Shown here in pieces: positions 10,063-19,379 of a DNA stretch of 64,000 nt; position 1 is the stretch's first letter, and every line of letters begins with the position of its first letter. The notes beneath the pieces are model-generated. The model saw only the letters and a program-made list of their open reading frames with translations, was not told where the DNA came from and made no database searches. The stretch is taken from the IMG/VR virus record IMGVR_UViG_3300025929_000013, positions 32,001-96,000 of that record; one strand, given 5' to 3'. The position numbers and the translations under genes were made by a program. The stretch comes from a virus.

Positions 10063-10139
10063 GCCCTCTCGCCTGTGATCGCTACGTCAACCGTAGAATC
10101 ACAAGTGCTTACAATGAGAGGGCTCCGGGCGGAGACGAC

Positions 10140-10183
10140 GAAGCCCCCCGCTACCCGGGTGGATCGGGCGGCAGGGGGGCCTC
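10140..10183 (-). terminator. Hairpin downstream of the DUF397 gene
   Basis: GCCCCCC...GGGGGGC inverted repeat. Confidence 0.45.
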
Positions 10184-10197
10184 AGTGCGTTACAGCG

Positions 10198-10395
10198 CTA
10201 CAGCTGCACGGGGATCCATTCGCCGGTGCGCGCCGCGTCAAGAGCCGCTTCCCACTCGCGGCGGGTGAACTTGAGCACGGGGCCGTGGGGGTCCTTGGTG
10301 TCGCAGACCTCGAAACCGTCGGGCGTCTCGCGCACCGCTACGCAGTCGCCACCGTTGTCACCGCTCTTGGCGGGTTTCATCCATTGGCCTTGCAT
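10198..10395 (-). CDS. DUF397 protein
   Basis: W.K...S..NGGDCV.V....EVCDTKDP.GPVLKFTRREW signature. Confidence 0.9.
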   Translation of the reverse strand: MQGQWMKPAKSGDNGGDCVAVRETPDGFEVCDTKDPHGPVLKFTRREWEAALDAARTGEWIPVQL

Positions 10396-11243
10396 CAGTT
10401 GGCCGTCTCCTTGATCCGTCGTTCGATGAACTTGAGTGATTCCGCTTCGGACAGCGCCTCCTGAGTGACCCTGCCGATCACGCGCCTGGCCTGGGTGACC
10501 TCCAAATCTCCGTCATGCTTGATGTACCCGAATGTCGTCTCGGTGTACACGACCGCGGGGCCGCCGCTGTGGAATTCGAGGAGCTGCACCTGCCAGAACA
10601 CCACCGGTGTGTCGAGCGTGACCACCCGGATGCTGACGTTGGGCAGCTCGACCACCTCCCGCAGGTACTTGAGCTGCGTGTGGAACACCGGCTGGCCGCC
10701 GTACGGCTTGCGCAGTGCGGCCTCTCCGATGACGGCTCGCAGCTCCAATGGCTCCGGCTCGGTGAGCCTGCGCTGCCGCAGCATGCGCACGGTGATCAGT
10801 GCCTGGACGCGGTCCGGATCGGTGACCATGGCGCTGCCCGCGTAGAGGCCGCGCGCATAGTCCGTTGTCTGGAGCTGGCCCGGGATGAGAACCGGCTGGA
10901 TCGTACTCAGGCGCTGTGCTTCGTTCTCGTAGCCGATGTACTCCTGGTGCCGGGCCCCGATCTCCCCGCCGAAGCGTTCCCACCAGGCGTCCGTACGCGT
11001 GGCGATCGCCATCTCGCACAGGCGCTCGGTCTCCACTTGCGCAACCCCGTAGAGCGCACACAGCTTTACCACGTCCCGAGGCTCGACCTGAACCTCGCCG
11101 CGCTCGATGCGTTGCAGCTTCACCCTTCCGAACCCGACAATATTGGCCGCCGCCTCGATCGACAGGTTGTCCGGGTGCTGCTTGCGCAGCTCGACAAGCC
11201 GCCTGGCGACCTGCTCTTGCGTCCACGAAGCGCTAAAGGCCAT
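10395..11243 (-). CDS. XRE-family HTH regulator with DUF5753 domain (WhiJ-like)
   Basis: N-terminal HTH (KLQRIERGE), WW motif, IPGQLQT.DYAR; paired with DUF397. Confidence 0.9.
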   Translation of the reverse strand: MAFSASWTQEQVARRLVELRKQHPDNLSIEAAANIVGFGRVKLQRIERGEVQVEPRDVVKLCALYGVAQVETERLCEMAIATRTDAWWERFGGEIGARHQEYIGYENEAQRLSTIQPVLIPGQLQTTDYARGLYAGSAMVTDPDRVQALITVRMLRQRRLTEPEPLELRAVIGEAALRKPYGGQPVFHTQLKYLREVVELPNVSIRVVTLDTPVVFWQVQLLEFHSGGPAVVYTETTFGYIKHDGDLEVTQARRVIGRVTQEALSEAESLKFIERRIKETAN

Positions 11244-11469
11244 GTGGCCTCCCTTCCCGAGAACATCATGCCCGGTGGAAGCGCGCTGTGTTGGTAACGA
11301 ATGTATTACGACGCGAACTAGTTCTTGCACATGTTCTGCGACAGGGCCACTCTCGTCTTAGCAGCTGACGGTGAGTCACGAAGTGACAGCTCGTAGCGTA
11401 CAACGTGGACCGCCAGTGCACCCGCAAATGCAGCATCTCGTGCACACCGGCATCCCCTGGGACGAGATC

Positions 11470-11931
11470 ATGAGCGCTGTAACCGTCGTGGAAGCTTTCG
11501 ACACCCGTGTCAGCCGGGCTGACGCCTCCGCAGACATTTCACTCCCCGTACGCCAGAGATCCACCGGCGAGCTGGCCCGGCGTCACACCGAGGCGTGGCT
11601 CGCGGAGTGGGACCTGAGCGAGTGCGCCGACGTCGTCAAGACGATCATCGGCGAACTGATCCAGAACGTGGTCAAACACACCGACAGCGCGCTGGTCACC
11701 GTCGTCCTGGCCTGGCATACAAACGACCACCGCCTATTGATCACAGTCGGCGACACCGGTAGGGCGATGCCCGGGACGCATGGTCCGTGGGTGCGCCGCT
11801 GCGGTGCGACCGCCGAGTTCGGGCGAGGGCTTGCGCTTGTCGCTGACTTAACCGAGCAAGCCTGGTTCAAGGCCAAACCGGACGCCGGGCTCAACCGCTA
11901 TGCCCTGCTCAACCTGGACGGGCCGTCATGA
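11470..11931 (+). CDS. HATPase_c ATP-binding protein (anti-sigma-like, AbaA-OrfA-like)
   Basis: ELIQNVVKH, V.DTG and GRGL.LV motifs; divergent from XRE; in-frame TTA codon at 11848. Confidence 0.85.
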   Translation: MSAVTVVEAFDTRVSRADASADISLPVRQRSTGELARRHTEAWLAEWDLSECADVVKTIIGELIQNVVKHTDSALVTVVLAWHTNDHRLLITVGDTGRAMPGTHGPWVRRCGATAEFGRGLALVADLTEQAWFKAKPDAGLNRYALLNLDGPS

Positions 11932-12494
11932 CATCACACGATCACACCGCGTACGACCCCACCGTGCACGACTACGCCGAGCGCGTCTACGACCTCGCGG
12001 AGAAGCTCAAGGCTCTGCGCGACATGTCGCAGAGCTTGGGCGATGAGATGAACGCCAACGCGCGCCAGCAGTCACTGGCACTGCTGCACTCCGCGATAGG
12101 TCCGTGGCTGGACCGGGCGCCCATCGCCCACCTGCTCAACACCGCGTTCGCGATCCTGATCTACGCCGCGCACAACCACGAGCCGCCCGGCCCGGCGACC
12201 CGAGAGGCCGTCAAGTACCTTCAGCGCAACATGCGGGAACTGCCCGACGGTGAGAAACGCATGCTGGGCGTCACGGAGTTCGAAGCGTCGCATCCGGAGC
12301 CCCCGAAGCCGCTCGCGCTCACACCCCGCGGGCTACCGCGCCGCCCGGTACGCAACGCGCTCGAAAACACCGTGGACATCCGAGCGCACGGCGGCCTGCG
12401 TCTCGCACAGCCGGGCGACGCGGGTGACCTCGCGCGATTGGCCGAGGAGATCGACGCGTTCAACGCGATGCCGCCGGTGTCCCGAGCGGGCTAA
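11928..12494 (+). CDS. Hypothetical protein
   Basis: ATGA overlap with the ATPase gene; 188 aa. Confidence 0.65.
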   Translation: MTSHDHTAYDPTVHDYAERVYDLAEKLKALRDMSQSLGDEMNANARQQSLALLHSAIGPWLDRAPIAHLLNTAFAILIYAAHNHEPPGPATREAVKYLQRNMRELPDGEKRMLGVTEFEASHPEPPKPLALTPRGLPRRPVRNALENTVDIRAHGGLRLAQPGDAGDLARLAEEIDAFNAMPPVSRAG

Positions 12495-12681
12495 TCCGCT
12501 CCCCCTAGACCGGGCCCCCTCCCCGCGGTGTGCCGCATCCACGCCGTTGGGGAGGGGAGGCCCACCAAGCCGCCGTCCGCGTATGCTCCCACCCCCTGCT
12601 GCGCGGGCGGCCCCCTTAGACCTCGCCGAGACGATCTCTTCGGCGTTGCCGGGCTTCTTACGCTGATCCGCCCGGTCCGGC

Positions 12682-12725
12682 CGCCCCGTGTGCTACCACC
12701 AGTTGGCGCACGGGGCGCCTTTTTC
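12682..12725 (+). terminator. Intrinsic terminator between convergent genes
   Basis: CGCCCCGTGTGCTA / TGGCGCACGGGGCG stem followed by a T run. Confidence 0.6.
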
Positions 12726-12748
12726 ATGTCCGGGCGCGCCGAAGATAG

Positions 12749-14224
12749 TTACTCGCTCTCCTCCGGCAGGACCTCGGCGTCCAGGATGCCGAGCTGCTCG
12801 TAGACGGTCGGCACGGGGGGCGGCGGGGCGATCGCGGGGGGCGGGGATCCGAACATGCGCGAGAGGAATCCGGTCTCCGCGCCGCTGGCCGCGCCGCGCT
12901 GGCTGACCTTGATCGTGAAGCCCGAGGTGTTCATGTCGCTGCGCAGCTTCAGCAGCCTGCTGATATTCGCGCGGCCCCGCACCGTGCGGGAGTGGTCGCC
13001 CCCGCCCAGCAGCTCCTCCTCCCAGCGTTCGCGCAGGTAGTCGGCGGTTTCGTGCTCCAGGATCAGCCGCAGCAGGGCGTCGAGCTGCTCCTCGGTGGAC
13101 AGGTCGACCGGCACGTCGTACGCGCAGGCCGCCTTGGGTTCGTACTTGGGGCACACGTCTTTGACGTAGCAGGTGTCGCAGGCTCTTAGGGTGCCGCCGG
13201 TGTTGCGCAGCAGGGGCAGTTCGCGGATCTCGCGGGCGCCGTCCTCGTCGGTGCGCTCGTGCGCGAACTTCTCGACGCCGATGCCGGGAAGCGGCTCGAC
13301 GGGGCGCTGGCGGGGGCCTGTAGTAACTATCGGGTTCCGCGCCCCAGGGGGGTCGATCTCAACATCGTCCGGGTCGTTTTCCGTGTTCTGCCCGCAAGGC
13401 GTTTCGGGGGTGATGGTTACTTTGTTGACGGCTTCGAGCTGCTTGGTCCATGCCCACAGGGATACCTTCAGTACCTCTGCGGTGTCGTCCTCCAGCACGG
13501 CCTGGGCGTCGAAACCGGCCATCTCAATCTCGGTTCGGTGCCGCCGACGCGCGACGTCCTTCTGCCGGGAGTGGTAGCGGCGCAGCTCCCCGCGGCTCCA
13601 CACGACGGTGTCGCCGTATTGCGAGGGGCTGAGCCATGAGGTGGAGTGCACGCTGTACCAGGGGATGGCGGCCATCACCGACGGCTTGGTCATCGCCAGT
13701 CCGAAGAGCTTGACCCCGTCGCGCGCGAGGGAGACCAGGGTGGGGGTGAGGTCTCTGCCTTCGAGTTCGACGGCGGCCAGGGCGATGTTGCGGTGCCGCT
13801 CGGCCATGAGCATCAGCTCGGCGAGCCCGTCCTGGGGGTGCCAGACGGCGACCGCCTTGTCCCCCGCCAGATCCCTCAGGGTGTCGCGGTGGCTCCTAAG
13901 AAGCGCAGGGCCCAGGGCGAGGGCGTCCATCTCCAGGACGTAGTCGACGGCGCCGGTGTTGTAGCCCACGAAGTCCTCGTAGCGCTCCACCAGTTCGCGC
14001 AGCTCGCTCTCGCCGGGGGGCGTGGGGGAGTTGTTGAGGCTGTAGGCGCCGGAGTCCAGCAGGATATTCTGGCCCGCGTCGAAATGCTCTGCGATGAGCC
14101 ACGGCTTGGTGAATTTGACCTTGCGCGCCAGCCCGATGTAGCTCATCGCGACGTCGGGGATTTCCTGGTCGGCCAATAGCCGCCGCCAGGCGGAGACCTC
14201 AGCGCCCGCGAACCAGAGCCTCAT
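12749..14224 (-). CDS. TGT/DpdA-like (guanine transglycosylase fold) protein with Cys-rich C-terminal domain
   Basis: LLDSGAYS motif, VAVWH, K.FGL, SVHSTSW; C-terminal CDTC...CP...C. Confidence 0.6.
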   Translation of the reverse strand: MRLWFAGAEVSAWRRLLADQEIPDVAMSYIGLARKVKFTKPWLIAEHFDAGQNILLDSGAYSLNNSPTPPGESELRELVERYEDFVGYNTGAVDYVLEMDALALGPALLRSHRDTLRDLAGDKAVAVWHPQDGLAELMLMAERHRNIALAAVELEGRDLTPTLVSLARDGVKLFGLAMTKPSVMAAIPWYSVHSTSWLSPSQYGDTVVWSRGELRRYHSRQKDVARRRHRTEIEMAGFDAQAVLEDDTAEVLKVSLWAWTKQLEAVNKVTITPETPCGQNTENDPDDVEIDPPGARNPIVTTGPRQRPVEPLPGIGVEKFAHERTDEDGAREIRELPLLRNTGGTLRACDTCYVKDVCPKYEPKAACAYDVPVDLSTEEQLDALLRLILEHETADYLRERWEEELLGGGDHSRTVRGRANISRLLKLRSDMNTSGFTIKVSQRGAASGAETGFLSRMFGSPPPAIAPPPPVPTVYEQLGILDAEVLPEESE

Positions 14225-14226
14225 GA

Positions 14227-14646
14227 TCAGTCTCCGGTGGAGGTGCCCAGGATCCGCCACGGCGTGGCTGGCGGCGCCGCGGTGATCCAGAAATTCGTCG
14301 CGATCGTCGGGTTACGCAGCAGCGCCTCCCACGCAGTGACCAGGGCCGTGTTGGAGAGGCTGGTGGCGACTTCGTAGTTCACCCGCGCCTGCTGCGGCGC
14401 AGGAGGGCGCCCCAGCTCGAAGTCGAGGCACCGTTCGAACTCCTCGTTCCATTTCTCCTTGTGTTCGGCCGCCTCGAACGCCTCCGGGTCGGCCAGCGCG
14501 ACGTCGAAGATCGCGGCCAGTTTGCGGGCGACGCAGTCGCAGGCGCAGGTCGCCTCGGTGTACGGGGAGTCGCAGCAGGCGCAGACATCGCCGCAGGTCT
14601 CGACGCCGCGCGCGCAGTCGCAGTCTTCCAGGGTCGTCGCGGTCAT
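14227..14646 (-). CDS. Cys-rich hypothetical protein
   Basis: Nine Cys in the first 40 aa (CDC, CACC, CACDC). Confidence 0.6.
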   Translation of the reverse strand: MTATTLEDCDCARGVETCGDVCACCDSPYTEATCACDCVARKLAAIFDVALADPEAFEAAEHKEKWNEEFERCLDFELGRPPAPQQARVNYEVATSLSNTALVTAWEALLRNPTIATNFWITAAPPATPWRILGTSTGD

Positions 14647-15126
14647 CTATTCCTCCGTGGCTTTGGCGGCGCGCGCCATGGCGGACAGGTCGCGCTGGCG
14701 GTCCACCTCAGCCTCCAGCAGGTCCCAGGCGCTCGGGGTGGCGTTGAAGTCCGGGCGCCAGTGCGGGCGGGCGAAGGACGGCGACAGGAACGGCAGCACG
14801 GTGAATCCGTCGGCGAACGCGTGCGCGCAGCGGCGGGTGTCGGCGTCGATGACGAGGTCCAGGACGCCGGTGGTGCGCAGGGCGCCGAGGGTGCGCCGCA
14901 GTGTGCCGTCGCGCTGGTCCAGGCCGTGGATCTGGGTCAGCGTGATGTACCCGGGCAGCGCGTTGTATTTGAGCCAGTCCTCCAGCAGCTTGTCGCGCTG
15001 TTCGCTCAGCAGGTGCAGGCGGTGTTCCACCTCGACCAAGGCCTTATAGAGGCCGGTTCCGGCGGGGATGGGGGCCTCCGACGAGGGCGCCTTCATGACG
15101 CCCTCGACGACCATCGCGATATTCAT
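14647..15126 (-). CDS. HAD-fold-like hypothetical protein
   Basis: IAMVVEGV start and LVIDAD resemble degenerate HAD motifs. Confidence 0.5.
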   Translation of the reverse strand: MNIAMVVEGVMKAPSSEAPIPAGTGLYKALVEVEHRLHLLSEQRDKLLEDWLKYNALPGYITLTQIHGLDQRDGTLRRTLGALRTTGVLDLVIDADTRRCAHAFADGFTVLPFLSPSFARPHWRPDFNATPSAWDLLEAEVDRQRDLSAMARAAKATEE

Positions 15127-15130
15127 GCGT

Positions 15131-15523
15131 CTAGTTCAGGCCGAGCTCGGTGGCCAGCTGCGCGTCGGCGGCCTGGCGCTGCATGGCGGCGGCGGTCTGC
15201 ATGGAGGTGGCCACGATGCCCTGGATGAGCATGGAGTCGTGGATGCGCTCGCGCACATACCCGCAGGCCATGAGCATTTCCTGGATGCTGGCCGGGTGCT
15301 GCGGGGAGTACTTGGCCAGCGCGGCGAGGTCCTGGATGGCGACGGCGACGCCGGGCTCGGTGACGACGACGAGGAACGCGGTGGGCACGCTCTGCCCGGC
15401 GGGGGTGCCGGTGGACTCGGCCAGCGCCTCCAGGTCGCGCCGGTCGCGCTCGCTCAGGCGCTCGAAGCGGGGGCTGCCGTTGGATCCGCCGCCGAGGGGG
15501 ACGGCGCCCTGGGTGTTGGGCAT
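15131..15523 (-). CDS. Hypothetical protein
   Basis: Start MPNTQG after AGGAG; contiguous with neighbours. Confidence 0.6.
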   Translation of the reverse strand: MPNTQGAVPLGGGSNGSPRFERLSERDRRDLEALAESTGTPAGQSVPTAFLVVVTEPGVAVAIQDLAALAKYSPQHPASIQEMLMACGYVRERIHDSMLIQGIVATSMQTAAAMQRQAADAQLATELGLN

Positions 15524-15533
15524 GGGGATGCTC

Positions 15534-16034
15534 CTAGTTGTAGAGCCCTGCCTTGCGGCGGGCTGCTTCGACAACGAGTGAATGAACGGGGCAGAATTCG
15601 CAGAGATATCTGCTCAGCGAGCTGCGGAATTTGCCCATGCCCAGCTCTTTGCGCTCCTGCTGCGTGGCGGGCGTCAGCTTCTTGCGATCAGATTTGTATT
15701 CGTTGCACGCCGGGTTGCGGTGGTGCGCGGCCCAGCAGGCGAGGGCGTCCTCGGTGAAGGTGTCCCGCGTGGTGTAGAACTCCGGGTCCAGGCCCGTGTG
15801 TCCGCTGGCCTCGCGGATGCGCGCGACGATCGCCTCACGGGCGCAGGGGGAGTCCCAGAACCGCTTCTCGACCAGGTAGGTCAGGCCCTTGTGCGTCAGG
15901 CCGCTGCGCTCGGTGTGCCGGGTTTCTATCAGGTGCGCGAGGACTTCGTCCTGCTCAGGCGGCCCTTCATAGTCGGGCAGAGGCTCGACCGTGAGACAGT
16001 CGTCGCACCGCAGCAGCCTGATGTTCTCAGCCAT
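15534..16034 (-). CDS. Zn-binding hypothetical phage protein
   Basis: CDDC and CEFCP motifs. Confidence 0.65.
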   Translation of the reverse strand: MAENIRLLRCDDCLTVEPLPDYEGPPEQDEVLAHLIETRHTERSGLTHKGLTYLVEKRFWDSPCAREAIVARIREASGHTGLDPEFYTTRDTFTEDALACWAAHHRNPACNEYKSDRKKLTPATQQERKELGMGKFRSSLSRYLCEFCPVHSLVVEAARRKAGLYN

Positions 16035-16117
16035 GTGTCATCCGAGGGTCGCGAAAGAGAGCGGCGACATTCCCTCGGAGACGGGGCGATTCGAGATCCA
16101 CTCTAGCAGCGGTACGG

Positions 16118-17227
16118 CTATGCGGCGGCGGTCAGCTGACCCCAGGTCACCGGGCCGATCACACCGTCCTGCGCGATCTTGCGCGCGCCCTGGAAGCGCT
16201 TGGTCGCGGCGGCGGTGTGCGGGCCGTAGACGCCGTCGATCCCGGCGGGGTCGAAGCCGAGCAGCCAGAGCATGGCCTGGGCGCGCTGCACGTGGGCGCC
16301 CTGGCTCCCGCTGGCCAGGATGAGGCCGGGGTAGTGCAGATCGACACGGTGGGCGCCGAGGCAGCCCCAGGTGATCGGGCCGACGACGCCGTCCACGGCC
16401 AGGTCCCAGGCGCCCTGCGCGTGCTGCACGGCGGCCAGGGTGCGGAAGCCGAACTGCCCGTCGATGCCCTGGCTGTCATAGCCCAGGGCCGAGAGCAGAC
16501 TCTGTGCGGCGCGCACGTCGTCGCCGCCCATGCCGATGCTCAGGGTGCGGTGCACGCCGGTGGTGTTGGGCACGGCGTCGGTGACCGGCTCGCCGAGCAT
16601 GGCCGCGAACTCGGCCGCGGTGCCGCGGTAGGCGTTGAAGTCGACCTTCTGGCCCTGCTCATTGGCGGCGTCGGTGTACTGCCACAGCGCCGGTGTCATG
16701 CCGCCGTAGGGATTCCAGCCCACGCCGCCGTCTCCGCCGTCCGCCTCGTACTGGGACAGGCCCGTGCCCGCGGCGCCGGGGTAGTTGGAGGAGATCAGGA
16801 ACATCCCGCGATCGCGCAGGGGCTTCAGGTCGACCGAGCCCCAGTACTGCTGCCAGTACCATTTGGGCAGGTAGAGCAGCTTGATGCGCAGGCCGCGGGC
16901 GTGGGCCTCGTCGATGATGTTGCAGACCAGTGCGAGGCTGGGGGCCTTGCCTGCCACGACCTCCACGTCCAGCATGCCCGGCAGGCTCTTGTCCCCGACG
17001 TGGTTGGCCATGTTCTGGGCCTGGGCTGCGGCGGAGTCGGCGACCGTGGCGAAGTGGTACCAGATGCCCGGCCTGCCCGCCTTGGTGACCTGCGCCATCC
17101 ACGCCGGGTAGAACGGATCTACGTAAGACGCGCCCTGCGTCGCCTTGACCAGGTAGAAGTCGCCGTCCGGCAGGGGCAGTACGAGTCCCTGCTGGTAGCT
17201 GGCGATGTCCGGTCCGCGCAGTGTCAT
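16118..17227 (-). CDS. Endolysin: GH25 muramidase plus peptidoglycan-binding repeats
   Basis: GPDIASYQ, KATQG, LDVE, LWQYT; C-terminal DG.FG..T and DGV.GP.TW repeats. Confidence 0.92.
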   Translation of the reverse strand: MTLRGPDIASYQQGLVLPLPDGDFYLVKATQGASYVDPFYPAWMAQVTKAGRPGIWYHFATVADSAAAQAQNMANHVGDKSLPGMLDVEVVAGKAPSLALVCNIIDEAHARGLRIKLLYLPKWYWQQYWGSVDLKPLRDRGMFLISSNYPGAAGTGLSQYEADGGDGGVGWNPYGGMTPALWQYTDAANEQGQKVDFNAYRGTAAEFAAMLGEPVTDAVPNTTGVHRTLSIGMGGDDVRAAQSLLSALGYDSQGIDGQFGFRTLAAVQHAQGAWDLAVDGVVGPITWGCLGAHRVDLHYPGLILASGSQGAHVQRAQAMLWLLGFDPAGIDGVYGPHTAAATKRFQGARKIAQDGVIGPVTWGQLTAAA

Positions 17228-17297
17228 GACAAACCCCCGGGCTTGTTCGAGTCTTTTCATCCATGCTCGAACGATTTCCCGGGGGTCTGTTAGGTGC

Positions 17298-17474
17298 TTA
17301 TTGCGGCGGGCGCCGGATACTCCAGCCGGTGCCGACGCCGAGCAGGTGCACCGCGAGGCAGAAGAGGCCAGCGAGCGCGAGGCTCAGCGGGCTGAACCAG
17401 GCGTTGGTCGACGTGCCGCTGCCGTTGATGATGAACGCGACGGCGAACAGGATCGCTGCGATCAGTCCGAACAT
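17298..17474 (-). CDS. Small two-helix membrane protein (58 aa), possible lysis accessory
   Basis: MFGLIAAILFAVAFII...LSLALAGLFCLAVHLLG; lies just upstream of the endolysin. Confidence 0.6.
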   Translation of the reverse strand: MFGLIAAILFAVAFIINGSGTSTNAWFSPLSLALAGLFCLAVHLLGVGTGWSIRRPPQ

Positions 17475-17476
17475 GC

Positions 17477-17722
17477 TCAGCCCCAGGGGTCGGCGGGCGG
17501 GGTGGCGCAGTACGCCTGGGTGCGCACCGGGCCGCGGGTGGGGGCCTGCTTGACCTCGGCCTCGTGGATGCCGAAATATAGGTCGTGCAGGTCGCTACGG
17601 GATTCCTGGGTCATGGCGTCAACCTGGAGGCCGCCGCGGTCGCGCACGACCTTCTTGTAGGTCCCGTCGGTCAATCCGCTGTCGAGCTCGCGGTTCATCG
17701 AGCGCAGCTGGGGCAGTCCCAT
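17477..17722 (-). CDS. Hypothetical phage protein
   Basis: MGLPQLRSMN...; AAGGGG upstream. Confidence 0.6.
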   Translation of the reverse strand: MGLPQLRSMNRELDSGLTDGTYKKVVRDRGGLQVDAMTQESRSDLHDLYFGIHEAEVKQAPTRGPVRTQAYCATPPADPWG

Positions 17723-17723
17723 C

Positions 17724-17960
17724 TCACGCCCCCTTTCCAGGAGAGCCGGGGGCCGCGGGGACCTTGGGTGCGGCGGGCATGCGGGTGGCGATCGCGTGCT
17801 CCCCGGCGGCGACCTTGAACGTGGAGGCCTGCGAGACCGCGGCGGTGCTCGCCTGCTTGGCCCGGGGCCTATGGGTATGAATGGCGAAAGCACCGTTGTC
17901 ACCGTTGCCTGTGTGGCGCGCGTCGAACGTCCCCTTCGGATGCGGCTTGACAGCCATCAC
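17724..17960 (-). CDS. Small basic hypothetical protein
   Basis: Tightly packed operon. Confidence 0.55.
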   Translation of the reverse strand: MMAVKPHPKGTFDARHTGNGDNGAFAIHTHRPRAKQASTAAVSQASTFKVAAGEHAIATRMPAAPKVPAAPGSPGKGA

Positions 17961-18262
17961 ATCACCCCCAGGGTCGGGTAGCTAGTGCCGCTGTATCCGG
18001 CCTGCGAGCCGGTGTAGTCCACGCGCGGCAGCGGGAACTTGGAGTCCACCGCGAGCACGTCCGCGATGGTCGGCTGCTGGCACGGGCCGTATCCGAAGCG
18101 GGGCGGCGCGGGCTTGCCGATGTTCGCGATCGGCGGGCGGATCGCCTCGATCGCCGCGGTCGAGAGCCTGGCCTGGCCGCTCAGTGCGCGGCTGACCTGG
18201 TTCTCCTGCAAGCTCTGCCACGGCTTGGTGGTGTCGTAGACCGTATTCGAGTTCTGCATCAC
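17957..18262 (-). CDS. Hypothetical phage protein
   Basis: Tightly packed operon. Confidence 0.6.
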   Translation of the reverse strand: MMQNSNTVYDTTKPWQSLQENQVSRALSGQARLSTAAIEAIRPPIANIGKPAPPRFGYGPCQQPTIADVLAVDSKFPLPRVDYTGSQAGYSGTSYPTLGVM

Positions 18263-18790
18263 TTAGCTCCACGCCGGTCGCAGGTGCGCGAGCTGCGCGA
18301 CCCGCCTGGGATTGGTCTGGCCGAGGGCGTTGGGGTCCTCGGGGTAGCTCACCTGCTTCATCCGGTACATCTCGGCCGGGCTGGCGGCCGGGACCTTGCC
18401 CAGGTGCGCCAGGCGCTCGACCTCGTTGCCGTGCGCGGTCCAGCGCTCGCCGCCGCGCTGCTGGGCCTCGATGCCGGACATCAGGTTCAGCTCGGGACGC
18501 CAGAAATAGTCGTTGAGGTCAATGCGCTCACCCTTGTGCACGCCGCGCTGGTACTGGCGCTGGGTCAGGCGACCCTGCACGTTGAGCATCACCCGGTCCT
18601 GGCGCCGGTCTATCAGGGTACCGATATAACCGTCTGGATACTGTGCCTGGGGGGCGCGGCCGGTCTGCATCATGCGCCGGGCGTCCTGGATGGAGCGCCC
18701 GCCGATCAGCGGCACGCCGCCGTTGGCGTTCTGGACGACAGAGCCCTGCTGACCCACGCCCATCGGCGGGTTGTACATCCAGTTCGGCAT
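18263..18790 (-). CDS. Hypothetical phage protein
   Basis: 175 aa; YPDGY.GT..RR.DR and Y.RGVHKGERID segments. Confidence 0.7.
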   Translation of the reverse strand: MPNWMYNPPMGVGQQGSVVQNANGGVPLIGGRSIQDARRMMQTGRAPQAQYPDGYIGTLIDRRQDRVMLNVQGRLTQRQYQRGVHKGERIDLNDYFWRPELNLMSGIEAQQRGGERWTAHGNEVERLAHLGKVPAASPAEMYRMKQVSYPEDPNALGQTNPRRVAQLAHLRPAWS

Positions 18791-18801
18791 GGGTCACCCC
18801 C

Positions 18802-18975
18802 TTACATCGAGGACTTGCGGGCCGCCTGGTCGGCGGTCGGCATGGGGCTGATCGGCGAGGCGCCCGGGGCAGGTGCCGGATGAGCGCGCACGCCCGGCTG
18901 GCCCTGTGCGGCGAGCGAGGTGGAGAACTGGTGCGGGCTGATCGGCGCGGCGCCGGAGGTGTCGTAGCCGGACAT
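18802..18975 (-). CDS. Small Pro-rich hypothetical protein
   Basis: TGATG coupling to the upstream gene. Confidence 0.5.
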   Translation of the reverse strand: MSGYDTSGAAPISPHQFSTSLAAQGQPGVRAHPAPAPGASPISPMPTADQAARKSSM

Positions 18976-19301
18976 CAGTTCGGCTCCGGACCGAGGCCGT
19001 CGAACCCGGCGCGCCAGGTGTCCTTCTGGCCGTGGCTGGAGGGCAGCATGTAGACGTTGCGGCCCAGGCCCTCGGCGGGGGCGGGGTAGGCGCGGGTGGC
19101 GGTGACCACGTTGCAGGCGCCGGAGGTCTCCTTGGTCTGGGAGCGGCGGCCGACCGGCTGGCGGGTGGGGTCCTTGGTCTTGCCCGAGCCCTTCTTGGGC
19201 ACGAGGGTGCCGCCCTTGACCCCGACGGCGCGCGAGGACGTGGCGTCCGAGGTGCCGATCAAGGGCCCCATCGGCGAGATCTCGTTGCGGCTCTTGGCCA
19301 T
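18975..19301 (-). CDS. Basic hypothetical protein
   Basis: RBS GGAGG. Confidence 0.6.
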   Translation of the reverse strand: MAKSRNEISPMGPLIGTSDATSSRAVGVKGGTLVPKKGSGKTKDPTRQPVGRRSQTKETSGACNVVTATRAYPAPAEGLGRNVYMLPSSHGQKDTWRAGFDGLGPEPN

Positions 19302-19379
19302 GGACGTGCCTCCGACATGAGCGGCCTAAGTGCGAGCGGGTGACGATCGGCCCTGCCCACAGTATAAAGACGTGGATGC

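Noticed and set aside
12495-12680. Structured ncRNA
   Set aside because: Several GC-rich hairpins are present but no recognisable family; explicable as a 3' UTR and terminator region
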